Shown here piece after piece: positions 1 through 13,400 of a stretch of DNA of 62,637 nucleotides. Below the pieces are notes generated by a model. That model was given only the letters and a program-made list of their open reading frames with translations, was not told where the DNA came from and did no database searches. Position 1 is the stretch's first letter; the number at the start of each line of letters is the position of its first letter. This DNA is from Aplysia californica (Eukaryota): contig NW_004797352.1 in NCBI RefSeq assembly GCF_000002075.1, positions 599,117 to 661,753 on the forward strand. The letters are read 5' to 3'. A program made the translations under genes and the position numbers.

Positions 1-1800
1 AGAACACATGCTTCCAAACACAACTGTTTGTGTTCGATCTTTGAGATATGACTCAAACCATCTCAGGACAGTACCCTTTACACCAAACGTAGTATTTAAT
101 TTAGTCTCTCGAGTAAAATGTCATGGTCAATGGTTTCGAATGCAGCCGAAAGGTCCAAAAGAGTAAGAAGACACACCTTTCTTTCAACAATTAATTTTAA
201 AATATCAATACAGACATTAAGCAACGCTGTCTCAGTACTATGGTGTGCCTTGTATGCTGACTGATAAACTTTGCTAAGATTATTTGCTTTAATATGCTGT
301 AAGAGTCTGTAAGACACAACTTTTTCCAGAATTTTGGATAAGAATGAGAGATTTGAAACTGGTCTAAAATTTTAAAAATCCTTTTCATCAAGTCCAGCTT
401 TTTCCAAAAGGGGTCAAACAGGTGCTGTCTTAAAACAATTTGGTACTGTGCCTGTGAGGAGAGAATCATTTACAATTAGGTTGATATGTGGAAGAAGTTC
501 AGGTAAACATTTTTTTAAAAGGCTGGTGGGCATGGGGTCTAAGGTGCAAGTTTTTGATGGACTATCTAATACAATATTTTTTATTTCTTCTTTCGTTGCT
601 GGAGTAAAATAATCGATGAACAGCCCCTTAAACTGATGGTAATTTGGGGCAATTGCGCACATTTTATCGAGCCCTTGCCTGATTGAGGTGATTTTACTAG
701 AAAAAAGTCTGAAAAGCTGCTACAAAGTTCTGTATCGGTGCCAGGGGGTAATACTGTTCTACTTTTGTTGCCAAGCAGTTGACTAGAGATATCAAAAAGT
801 TCCTTGCAAGTTTTAAAATTTTCAAATTTTGACAAAAAGAAAGTATACTTGGCCTTGGTGATAATTTTAGTAACAGACTTCTTCATAAAATAAATATTCC
901 CTTATGCAGTTCAAGTCGGGTTTTGCTCCATTTTCTTCCCCTGGCCTTTTTTATTTTTTTGCAGCCTTTATTTCCAGATTAAACCACTTTCCAAAAGGAC
1001 GATGAGATCATTTTAATTTTTTAACAGGAGCATGATCATCTAAAATATTCTTCATAATGGTATTGAGGGTTTCTATGTTAATAAGGGAATTCGTAGCAAG
1101 AGCATCACGAAAGTCACATTGAAATTTGTATAAATTTATATCTTCCAGATTACGAGAATGAACTGATTTTACTTCTTTCTTTGGTCTTGTGATGTTCAAG
1201 TCAAGAATCAGAAGAAAATGATCCGAAATGTCTTTGTCCAGAATGTTTACGCTTTTCACACGTTCTTTTCAATAGGGGAGATAACCCAATCTAGGATGTG
1301 CTGACTTGTATGTGTTGGTACAGTACTTGGACGGGTTGTTTTAAATAATTTTCTGTCTGCAGGTCGCTTATATTCTTAGTGCCAGGGTCTCAGAGCCAAA
1401 ATAAAAATTAAAATCGCCAGTTATAATGAATGGTGCACTTTTGATCTTCAGAGTTGAAATTAAATTTAGAAATTCCTCCATAAAAGCGGATTATTTGATA
1501 CAATTAACTTTACTCGGTAGAGGCCTGTATATGCAGCAGATGGTAATGTTTTGGGACTGCAGCTGGAAAGACATTAAAGCAGCCTCACATGAGTGACAGG
1601 GAATCTTTTTCACAGTGTAGCTTGTGCTAAATTAGTTCTATAAATAAACGCTACTCCTCGTCCTCTACGCCCGACACAAGGAACACACTTAATTAAATAA
1701 TCAACTGGGCATATTGCTGATAAAATAGCATCATCATCTTACTCATGCAACCATGATTCTGTAATACAGAAAATATCGAGGTTCATTTCAATAATTAAAT
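1..1800 (-). mobile_element. Degenerate CR1/L2-group LINE ORF2 (AP endonuclease plus RT), continuing past the window start
   Basis: Endonuclease motifs DIFCITESWL and SDH. RT motifs QSAYKAHHSTETAL and LLDLSAAFETIDHDILLERL. Broken by frameshifts and stops. Confidence 0.9.
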
Positions 1801-3223
1801 CACTAATTTAATTCATCCGCTTTATCGGTCCCCATTAGGGCTGTACCCCGGTAGCAAACCCGCTCGTGCTCACAAGCCCCTAGTTCAAGTCACAAGCCTC
1901 AAATCAGTAGGTCAAATCATCAAATCAAATCACCAGCATGATAAGTTGAGTCTAGCGCAAACTGTAACCTCCTTGGTCTAGTCTAAACTTCAAGTCCACA
2001 GCAACTAGCAATCCGCGAAGCCACTCATGTCAGGCCCCCTCATCATCCCCACCCTGCTTGCAATCCGCGAAGCCACTTACGTCAGAAAAAGAGAGGGGGA
2101 GAGTGAGAGATCTCGCCCACAGAGTCACTGCGCGGCGTGGCGCTGTAGTTTACCCGATTAATCGAGGCCTGCGCAAGCCTCAAGTCCCGTCCGCTGCCAC
2201 AGGCCCCACAATTCACACAGTACTGATTTGCGCTAGGCTTACAGATTTGCCCCAGGACAAGCTCCAAACCTGACCTGCTGACTTGTACTGTCTCGATACA
2301 CCGAGCGAGCGGCACGGGCTCGATGGCGTAGGACCGTCTTGATGGCGACAAGACAGTCCGATGTGTTCAAACAGCAAGACAGTACTGTGCGCTGTGTGAA
2401 CTTTGAACCGTGGAGGAAGGGAGAGGCTGGGCTTGTTTTGGTGCAAGGCGTAGAGAGCTGAAGTTATTTTTAACTTCCCGCCGTTGATCAGCTAAGCGAA
2501 TGGATAAGTGAGAGGGAGCGTGGTATTGTAGTAACAGAGACCTAGGTTTCTGATAATAATAAGAATAAGTAGACTTAGATTACCCTAGAATGGAGAACTC
2601 CAGGGGTCGTTGTGATTGGCTTTTGTATCGTATGTATGTAACCTATTTTGTAGATGTGTTACACTCACAGTGACATAATACAGAACATTTAGGAGACGGG
2701 CTAGGCCTACTTCAACCCAATGTCAGGGCCAACCTGGGCTGAGAGGGAACAACGCCCCAGCAGAAAGACGGAGGTTCTCAGTAAAAATTTCTCCCCATAC
2801 GGGAATCGAACTGAGGTCTTTTGCGTGCGACGATGAAGCGCTTGGCTCGTGCACATTAAAAATAAACAGGCCTTAACATCATAAGAATAGCCGATCCAAT
2901 ATTAATTTTTAAGTGCATTGAATAGAGCTTTTTGTTTTTTACAACCGAACTATGAAAAAAACAACAACCGATCTTGCACTTTTGGTGCAAGCCTCTCAAC
3001 GCAAATAACCAGAGAATCTATAATATGTACTGAGCCCACTGCCACGAGAGTTCGCGACGTCACGACACAGTACAGCAGGACTGTCCGCGAGTCACAACTC
3101 ACCGGAAGTTCCCTCCGGTAGCAAGCGGGAGGCAAATCAAACCACAAGCCTGCTCGCAAGACTCTAGCGCAAGACTTCCGCTGCTTTACAAGCCTTCGAT
3201 TAACCGAGCAGAATCCAGCCCTA

Positions 3224-3398
3224 GTCCCCATGGTTTTATGCACCCCGCATAATTTAGCAAAATTTGATCATTTTTTGCATAATTTCAAATTATTTTCCTT
3301 TATCATTCCTTGTTAAAATTAACAAAATCACATAATTTCCCATTTTTTGGCTCAGTTTGCATTATTTCAGAATTTTTCTTGCATAAAACAACGGGGAC
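3224..3398. mobile_element. Small MITE-like inverted-repeat element
   Basis: gtccccatggttttatgca / tgcataaaacaacggggac, an imperfect inverted repeat of about 19 bp; no clear TSD. Confidence 0.45.
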
Positions 3399-3445
3399 AG
3401 CTCTATTACATGACCTGGTGTTAACGCAAAGCTACTCTGACATTT

Positions 3446-3892
3446 GTGTTACAACGCCGAGCAATCAGGCACTCGTAAATTTTTGGGCACATATATATAT
3501 GGAGTTATTGGTATCATCTTAAAGGTTATTCATTTGCCTTGCTTTCAAGGAAAAAAATATCCATTTATCTTGACAAGAAATCGAGATATTTGCGATTGAA
3601 GAAAGTGCATGGGGGTCGCCTGGTTTCAGCAGTAAAATTAACGAGAAAATGGCATCCAAAGTTTTGTAAATTTCCACAGCTTTAGAGTCCTCGGAAACAG
3701 CAAATTTACATTTTATTCCTTTAATCAAAGGTTTTCCAAAAAAAACCACATATAAAAGTGTTTTTGAATGGACATTCAAGGTGTTTAGCCAAAAAACAAA
3801 AATTTTAAAAATATGTCTAAACTGGCTGAAAATTGTCGATTTCTCGGATTTCATTATTTTGACGAGTGCCTGATTTCACCACGATGCCTCAC
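3446..3892 (+). mobile_element. Sola1-like MITE family A, copy 1
   Basis: GTG...CAC termini; imperfect TIR around aatcaggcactcgt / acgagtgcctgatt; perfect 4-bp TSD ATTT. Confidence 0.8.
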
Positions 3893-4695
3893 ATTTTGTG
3901 TTATTTCTAGCAAAAAGTTCCGACAGTCGATTTTGACAAAATTACTAATTTTGATTCTGTTTTCCAGTCTACTGCTGACGCATGAATTTTGTAAGTTCTG
4001 AACATTAGACTAAACAACACAGGGATTGTCCTTTGTTTTTGTCGCCTACCTCTTTTCTTTTTTCCAAACTACCAAGCCAATCATGGCGAATTGAAAACTG
4101 ATCATTTTGTAGAAAACATGTGTAGCAACAGAAAGAATTATACTAATTGCAAATTACACTGAGGGTATGCAGTACTGCAGGGGGAAAATGACAAACTGTA
4201 GAGTGAGTGGGCTGTATCAGAGAAAGCAGGCTGAAGGGCTAGAACACTGATGGCAGCTGGATCGGAAAAGTAAAATGTCAGAGAATGGGTGTGCAAGGAG
4301 TGAATGAACTGAACTTGGATAATGCAAAAAAGAGTCGAGTGTATCTGAGCATTCCGTGGGTGAGGATGGTTTGTTTTGTCTGACCAGTTTGAAATCTTTT
4401 AGAAAAAGATATTTCTTAGAATATTAGGCAAGTGCCATTCCAGCAATGGACACCAAAGTTGAAGGCCCATACTTAAAGTTGATCAAATTTCTAAAACCCC
4501 CATAATGAGGATAGATTCAAACTACTCGGTAAAAAAGACTTAGGCGTAGCCCTATAAGAAAACAATTTGCGAGGAACCACTAAGACAGACAGTCTCAAGG
4601 AATTCCTTCGGTGTGAGAAAAATAGGTTAATGTACTAAGAGCACAAAAACATAGAAACTGAATCTTTCATTTCTTACATATATATAAAGTAATAC

Positions 4696-4851
4696 CTTGA
4701 GGTGCCTTAGTATTTCCCAAGAACACATCTAGAACATCCTGTCCAAAGATGACCAGCTGCACATTTGTGAGAGACTGTGGCTTTCCTTCTCCAAACTTCT
4801 TTATGGTGCCCAAAATTTGTTCCTTCATTTTGACGTAGGTGTTGGGTCGAG
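4696..4851 (-). CDS. PARP14-like coding exon 17 (end of macrodomain 3: SLTNVQLVIFGQDVLDVF)
   Basis: Acceptor ttccag gives in-frame ARPNTYVKM...; donor G|GTATTA; phase 1-1. Confidence 0.85.
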
Positions 4852-7800
4852 CTGGAATAGAAAACCTTACGAATAAAGATCTGGCCTGAAAGTGGAGTAG
4901 ACAAATATGAAAAAGTAGCATATTCTAAAGAGAAGCATCATTTTGATGCAATAAATAGAGTCATCAGCTTACACCGAAAATCTGTACTGAGAACACACAA
5001 GTTTCACAGATATCATTTATAGTGAAAAATAATAAAGGCTTTCTCCTTCTTTTGAGGAACCCACAAGCTTACATTTTGATGGTCATGTCTCACTATCAAC
5101 AAAGTGTGAAACTGAGGCCCTGTCTGCAGTAAACAATAGATTATGGTGAGAAAAGTTTGGGGCGTACTATAGACCAAATTGTGAAAAGAAAATTTCAGAA
5201 CACACTGAAGATTTTGTAGTCTACTACTCTCACAAAAAAGTTAAGCTTTACATGCCAGTGCCTAAATATGACCATAACAGACAATAACTAGCATAACAAA
5301 ATGTTCAAGAAGTTCTGAAATTTTGTAGTCCCAACAATTTGATGTCAAGACTAGATTTAGACACTAGCATATCACTTATCCTACATTCCTTTCTACATGA
5401 TCGGGGGGGGGGGGGCAAAAAATAATACTGAATGATAAGACTATCAGTAGAAATTTTCAAATATCACGACTACTCCACCTGTAGGGAGACTTAGCTCTTC
5501 AAACTTTGTCTGACTTTGATGAAAGGTTCCAGGAGACCTTGATCATAAAGAAAGTTTAAATCAAGCGACAGATATGAGTGTCCAGTTCTCGAAAAAAATG
5601 CTGTCAAATAATAAGCAAAAAAAGTCTAAAAGTCAGTGGATTCAATTGCTCATCAGGAAATCTAATCACTAGTCACTCGTTACAGAATAATAATAAATAA
5701 TAAATTTCTCGTATGTAATGACAAAATAATGAGAAACAAAAAATCGAAAGTATCTACGCATTCTCTGTTCAGAGAGTTAAGTCAATGACACCAGACCCAT
5801 CCTTTCAAGCTCAAACTCCTATACTGACATACAGGATGTCCCAAACTCGAAGACCGCCAAAATAATTAAAAAATAAAAACTGCTTTAAATACAGCACAGT
5901 CCTTCGGTAGAAACACTGTACAAAGTCTCCCAAAGACTAATGCAAGAGTAGCGGGAATCAGAGTCACTATAAAAATTACCAAACCAGCATCGAAGCAGAA
6001 AAACTCGACAAGAAGGGTCAGAGTCATTATTCGGTGTAATTTGCTCATAAAAGACAGAGCTAAATGTATTTCAGGTGACAATATCAGATAGAAATGTGAA
6101 AACAGACAATATTTTACTAAAGTTAACACTGATGTTTTTTTATATTCCTTTGAAATCATTATAAGATATTCTCCTGTAAATATTCAGAATGATCAAGTAC
6201 TGTTTGTCCTAATCAACTCTAGAAAAAAAAGAAAGTTAGACACTGCTACCACAGGAAATCTTAAAATCCTAAAACATTGCAATGTGCTAAACTACCACAA
6301 GGTACTTTCACTTTAAAGACATTTTTAAACATCTGTTCAGATAACTTTCAATGAACACAGGATATGAGTTTTTACAGCCTCAAGAGAGTTAAGAAGAATT
6401 TTAAATCGGTAAAAGTAATCTAGGTAATTCTTATTGCGGCGGAACTTTATAAAACTTACCTGTTCCAAATGCAGGCATTGACACAGATTTCAAACCAAGT
6501 TTGTCAGCTTCGTTGAGTGCCAGAGCAACACCTTTGTCCCAGCTGTGTGCAAAGTGCTCCATACTCAAGAAGATAATGTGTTTGCATTGTAGACCATGTG
6601 AACCCGTCACAATACACTTAGCAGAAGCCATATTGTTCTCTGACAGAATATATATAAAGATATACACCAGTTAGAAAATAATCACGCTAAGAACCATTGA
6701 AAATGAAGACGGCAAACTGGGATACTTTAGTGTTAACTTTCTCAAAATTCTGATTTATAATTCTATGAGAATTAACGTGTGTTAACTTAGGTTTCCATAA
6801 AAAAATCTTAATACACATGAACCAAGCTCCAAACATAAAACAACCCCTGGATATCCATGATTATTGAAAACTACATATCAACAGGTCAGCTCTACCTCTG
6901 AAAAAGTAAGGAAACAAAAAAACAATCCATGAAGACACAGACTAGTCTATTTTCATGACAGAAACCGCATTGGACACATTCCAATAATATCACAAACCAG
7001 GAAGAAAAGATTATCAGCACACACATGACTTGTAATTCAATTAATCTTTTTTAAGCTTACAGCATTATTTTGTCTTTGACGTAATGCTTGTATATATGTC
7101 TATATTTATGATCTCAAATAACTTGCACAGTTAAAAAATGCAAACTTGATTATGAGGCTGCTTAACACAGGGACAAATAACCTTACAGTTATCAAATTTA
7201 GTCTTCACTGGTACCATCAATTAAGCATCTTTGACAAATTGTAAGATACAGACATCTAGATGATAAATGTCCAATATAAAACTCCATAAGCAGGGCTGCC
7301 CACCCACTACCATGTTTAAGAAATCAACAAAGAAAAAATGACTTATGTGGCTTTAAAAATCGTCCTATAGCCATGGATAGCTTTTTCCCCTGGGGTATAA
7401 AGGACAGGGATTGCAGGTTCAAGAATGAAAGTAATATAAACAAAGGCATGATGAAAGAGGTCTCCGTAAGCTTGTCGTTGCAGAGTTAAGGGAAAAAAAA
7501 AGGGGTGGGGGGGGGGGGGGGATTAAGTTATTGACTGTGAGCTTGAATCTTGTAAAAAAAAAAAAGAAATGATGGCACAACAGAACACATCACAAGCCTA
7601 TGATCCTGATTGTGTGCCATTACGCACCACACTGCATGTCCCCGCTGATAGTTTCGAGTTTCAAAAAATGATCTGGATTTTTAAAAAAAGTTCTCTCATT
7701 AACCTGGGCAGTCACCCATAATGCAAAACAGTAAAAACTTCTTAATACATTGTGAAACTAATGTTTGTCTTAACCCTGGGTTTGGCGTTACTGATATTTT

Positions 7801-10421
7801 TTCTAAGGACAAAGCGGCACTGAGCCACTAGCACTACAAGGGCTCTATGCACAGAGGGTGTTAAAGTTAGACAGCTGCACATGACAGAGTGACGTAGACA
7901 GTTGGAGTTTCAGTATTTTTTTTCCAAAAACCCTAGGAGGATGAAAATGGATTTGGGTATCTGAACGGCAAATCAATTTTCAAAAATTGTAACCAGGGTT
8001 GTTATGATTATATTTTCCTAAGATTGAGAAAAAAATCCTGATAATTCTACTAAATTTGGATTGATGGGCAGCCCTGTATAAGCCATCAGTAACAGAGAAA
8101 AGGACATGAGAAGTCCTACAAAAATCTTCATGAACTACTAGTCATACAATGGGCACCACTTACAACAGTCAAGGTTATGACAGGATTTTATCTATAGTAG
8201 ACTTATTATAAACCTCTGCATCCGATCTCTTATAATGTTCAGTAAAATATTTCTTTTATAGCGGGCACTCCAATAGACATGCTCGGCTATAACAGTGGTC
8301 CAACCGTTGACAAAATCCAATTGAAAGTAAACAGACAGGACAGAAGAAAAAAGCAAATGAAGCAGAACAATATCCAAAGTGGCAAATTGCTCCTCCGCGA
8401 CTCACAGTAGGCCTTTAGAGGTGGATTGTGTACACATTATTATGTGTCATACCATGTGTGCAAGGGATGGAAGGAGAAAGCTGGATGCACTTTGGTGTTG
8501 ATGCAAATCCAGTCAATGACTAAGTGCAACCTTTGTCTGACACAACATTGTTACACAGTCTCCCCCTGAGGTTGCGAGACTTGTAACATGAATAATAGGA
8601 TCAAATGAAAAGTACATCTACTGCATCTATATGAGTGTGTTCCTTTTCCTTTCAGTAGAAACTATTTGATTACGAATAGCTGTAAAGCATACAAGCATGC
8701 TGCAGACTCTTGCAGGGTAAGGATATGCACTAAAAGCAATTACATGTATTACTGTCACCCATGCATCAAACAATATATTATGTCTAGTCAACCCCCATAA
8801 GACTAAGAATAAAATATATTAGAAAAAGGAAGATAAAGATGAGGAGCAGAAAATGTTATCATAGGTAAAGAAATGGGCTATAACTGATAAATCGGTGGTA
8901 TGCCAAGTCAGTGTGTAATAAAAATGATCTCATATGTTAATCATTAGTTAGAGTGTACGTAAACTTGATCCTTATCTTTAAAAAAGATTCGGCTATAACA
9001 GCAAGGTAAAACATCAGTCCCAGCAGTCCTGTTATAGCCAGGGCCCACTGTATTTGTTTCGGGATGTTTATAAATGGAAATTTTGTTTTACTATTAAGCC
9101 ATGGTATAGATCAGATGGGGACCAAAAATATTTAGTCAAGAAATTATCCACTGCATTTTTGACATTTTGTTATACTTCTTGGGTCTACTTGTCTCTTCCT
9201 CAGAAAGTAACAAAGACATACTTTTTGCATTGCATTCGTCCTGGACTGCAGAGCCACATTTCTTTAAAATAGTCTTTGACACAGCACCTGTCGCAAAGAA
9301 AACAAACAAAAAAGTTAAAACTTTATCAATATTGTGTACATACAGTAGCAAAGTCTGCACAGCAATGATTCACAGTCACCTGGGCCCTAAGCTTCAGAAG
9401 AAAAAGAAAAAGGACAATGATAAAGTATCCAGCAACTTTTCAGTTGTCAAAGGCCTCATTCTTCTATCAGCTTTATATCAGACTGAAATATAACGTTTTG
9501 CCTGAATGTCGAAAAAGATTAGGTCGAAAGGGGAAAGAGGAATATATGATCTGATTTACAAGAAATTAGATTAAATGCACTGCAGTGAAAGCAAAATATT
9601 GCCTTTGGTGATTCAGTAAAAGAGGGTCATTCCAACTTCTTGAACTCACAACGCAACAACATAACAAATTTCCAAGACTTTTGGGATACTTATCACCACA
9701 CCAAATTGACCTTTTTGGCCAATCTAAAATAATTAGATCATTTATTCTTATGATTTTGAAGAAAACTCATTTTGAGACGCATGCTATTGTTATATTATAA
9801 AACCAAAATTGATGTGAAAATAAATCCATCAATTGCACAACAAATAACATTTATCAAGTCACTATATATGAAAAAAAAACCCAACTCAATACCTGAGATA
9901 AGCACAAAAAAAAACTGCCTCTTTTTTTTACATTTCATAAATCAGATACCAAAGGAGATGCTCGATAGGTGACAAACATTAATACTTTAAAAAACCCAAA
10001 CAAAATATAAACAAAATGTCACAAAACTAAAATGCATGTTTAACTATGTTTGCACCTTTATTCTTACGATATGAAAAGATTTCAATTCTCAACATTTGAC
10101 AAGAATCAGCATTATACAAAAAAAAGTATCCGTAACAATGATGCTTATTACGTGACATCTTGGAAAATGCATTACTAGATCAAAAATGCAAAATTACAAG
10201 CAATGATATAGTTTTAATATTACACGAATTTAGACTTTACATCAATAACGTGTGAAGTTTAGGCAACTTTACAGCTATTTTGACTAAATTTATAAACTTT
10301 CATTCTTTGGATCTCCAAATTCCTCCATTTAACAACTAGAATTTCTTGTCTTCCTGAAGCTCATAAAACCAATTTATTTCAGCCATAATTCAACCATTTA
10401 CAATAAAAATTATATATGTGT

Positions 10422-10489
<68 letters not shown>

Positions 10490-13400
10490 CAGCGCGGTGA
10501 AATCAGGCACTCGTCAAAACAACGAAATTGAAGAAACTGGCATTTTTCTGCAGGTTTGGGAATTTTTATTGAATTTTTATTTTTTGGCTCAACACCTTTC
10601 ATGTCCATTAAAGAACACATTCCTGTGTGAAAGGCACTGAAAAAGTTCATTAAAGGCACAAAAAGTAAATTTTCTGTTTCCACAGACTCTCAAGCTAAGG
10701 AAATAACTAAACTTTGGCAGCCATTATCCACTAATTTTACCTCTGAAACCAGGCGACCCCTACCTCCTTCAATCTCAAATATCTCGACTTGTATTCAAGA
10801 TTACTGGATATTTAAAAAATCAAAAGCATGACAAATGAACAACCTTTAACCCTATCCATACGCCCTGGGGTCATTTTGTACCTCCGGGGTTGTATTCTTC
10901 ACATTTTTGAATACTTCTAGTACGAAGATCTCTTTGAAACTTTCAGTATTTCTCAAAAAATCATTTTGACAGACTGCTATGCAAAGCGCACGGATTGGAC
11001 TAATGAGTAAATTTCCTCTTTGAAAGTGGTGGCACAGAGTTCCCAATGTCATATGGATACGATAGTAAAACACGATGTACGGATAGGGTTAAGATGATAC
11101 CAATAACTTCATATGACCAAAAATTGAGGAGTGCCTGATTCCATCATGTCGTGACACACATATATATACACTCGAACCTGCCGTGACGGCCATCTGTACA
11201 ATACGGCCACCTGTACAAACGGCCACTTTCCATTTTCCCCATTGTGTTTTTTTAAAGATATAATTTAACTTTAAAACGGTCACCTGTCCAACGCCGCCGC
11301 AGCCACCTTATTTGATCAACCCACAGTCAAATTTGTCTGCCTCAGGCGGCCAGGCATGGTCACTCATTGCCCTATGCTTTGTCAAAAAATTTTGAATCAG
11401 TCCCTCATGCTGTGGACGGGCCTTCATAATTCATTCACCTGTCGTTATTGTTAGTCCCTCCAATGAATGTCCAATTTGACTAATGGCTAGGCCTAACAAT
11501 GAATTTTCAACTGCTGGTTGACGTTGACGTGAGCTTGCGACAGAAGCGTCACTTGTTCTCCGAGTGGTGGCAACCTGGGTGTTTGTTTTACGATGGCACT
11601 TGGTCTTTATCGTCTTACTTGCATAATATTTAGTTTATTTTACTCTTGCACAAAATCAGCAACAATAAGAAAGCTAACCAAAAAAACCCAACAAAAAACA
11701 AAACCAAACCAACAAAGCAGCAATACAAAAAACCCTTCTTACACCACCAACCCACCTTTTACAAAAGAAAACAAAAACCCTTTTGAATTAGCCTTACGGC
11801 AGTCTAAAGCTTGAGATCAGCCCTGGTTTGGACCTCGGAAGAGAATGATTTGCTTTCTTCATTTTGATCAGTTCTGCCTAAGACGGCCACCAGTGTTATA
11901 CAGCCACTTTTCTCCTTGACAATGGGTGGCTGTTTTACACAGGTTTGACTGTATAATCATGTCAGATTAAATTAAAAATCATTTTCAAACAATTTTTACC
12001 AAGGGCAAACGAACTCGCAGTGACTTAGAAAGTTCTCATATCACCGATAAATATCAAACAATCAAATAAACACCCACCTAAAAAAACTATATCCCAAGAA
12101 AACAGCATATTCAATGCAAATTGTGATGCCTGTTTCAAAATATACACAAGTGATACATGTTACAACAGTAGATCAACATAACATGAAGTCTGTCCCGCTT
12201 ACCTGGTCTGGAGGGCATCATTTTGAAGTCCATTTAAAAGCAGTAATGGGGTATGGAATTTATAAAATTAGAAACGACAGCCAAATTGAAAGAAATATCC
12301 AAATACGGGGTTGGCAAACACCTCCTCACTTGTTACATCATGGCAAAAATTGGACCCACCACAATAAAATGCATTTTTTAAAGCACAAAGCCTCATGGTG
12401 GCTTCAAATCTCAGACTTTTCTATTTGTGAGGCGTGCTGACAAAATGAGTTACTTCTCGCAATCCGCACATGGAGATATTGGCTAAAAATCGACATTAAG
12501 GTCAAAATTGTAGATTTTCAATTCATGCCATATTCTTTAACCATAACCTGTCTTTTATTATTTTATACTTATAAATTGTGAAAAGTTCACCTATAAGCAT
12601 GTTGTATCTATTTCCTTATGGCTTGAATCTGAGAAGTAACTCGTTTTGTCAGCACACTTCACATTTGTCTCATCCATAGTATACTGGAGAACGGGAGGTT
12701 TATAAAAATTCACTTCTGCAGTCAAATCTAAACACCATGCCTGCAATGTGACATTAGAATAACAAGCATTACAGACTTCTGTTGAACGTTTTTATATATT
12801 GCTTTGAACAATAATGAGGTTTGTCATTTAAAATTCACTGGCGTAGAGATGAACCCTTTTCATTATAACAATGAAATCTTGAGCTCTTTGACTTTCATGT
12901 CTGTCCTGTTTCATAAACAATATGTGAGGATCTGTAATTTATCCTTTTGTAAGGTACAGAAAAGATAGGTATATTTGTCATCACGATAAAATACTAAAGT
13001 TTCAGTATGGCTTCCATCAAAATGCATAGTACTACTGTCTCTGTGAGGTCTTCACTTTTTGACGGAGGCCTTGAATTAGCAGCCTTGACCTTTTTTATGC
13101 TGCCGGTTGCCATGTAAATACACTTCGTGTCTGGAGGACAATACACTGACACAGGAAAAAAACCACAACAGAAATCTTTGACGAGCAAAGAAAAAACATC
13201 AAGATAGAGGAATTATTAGAAAAAGCAAACAAACTAAAAAAACACCACAAAATAAAAATTACAGCCAATCTAATTGGCAGTCGACACTAAGAGAGTTAAA
13301 TACACAGAATGTGTGTTATGACGCAATGGAATCAGGCGCTCGTCAATTTTCGGGCATATGGAATTATTGGTATCATCCTAAAGGTTATTCATTTGCCTTG

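Larger units (their letters stand above)
10418..11159 (-). mobile_element. Sola1-like MITE family A, copy 2, with a (GT)n-expanded end and a nested piggyBac-like MITE
   Basis: Reverse copy of family A; ATAT on both flanks. Confidence 0.75.

Noticed and set aside
1800-3243. Short GC-richer ORFs as genes
   Set aside because: No recognisable domains or splice-consistent exons. Likely LINE 5' region or other repeat-derived sequence.
10390-10683. His/Thr- or Glu/Arg-rich ORFs (also 22743-23054 and 42097-42325)
   Set aside because: Translations of microsatellites and MITEs.
12994-13145. Acceptor-like site plus an open frame VYCPPDTKCIYMATGSIKK as an extra exon
   Set aside because: Macrodomain 3 splices in frame and intact from 14797 to 9287 without it, and the donor is weak. 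At most a cryptic exon.
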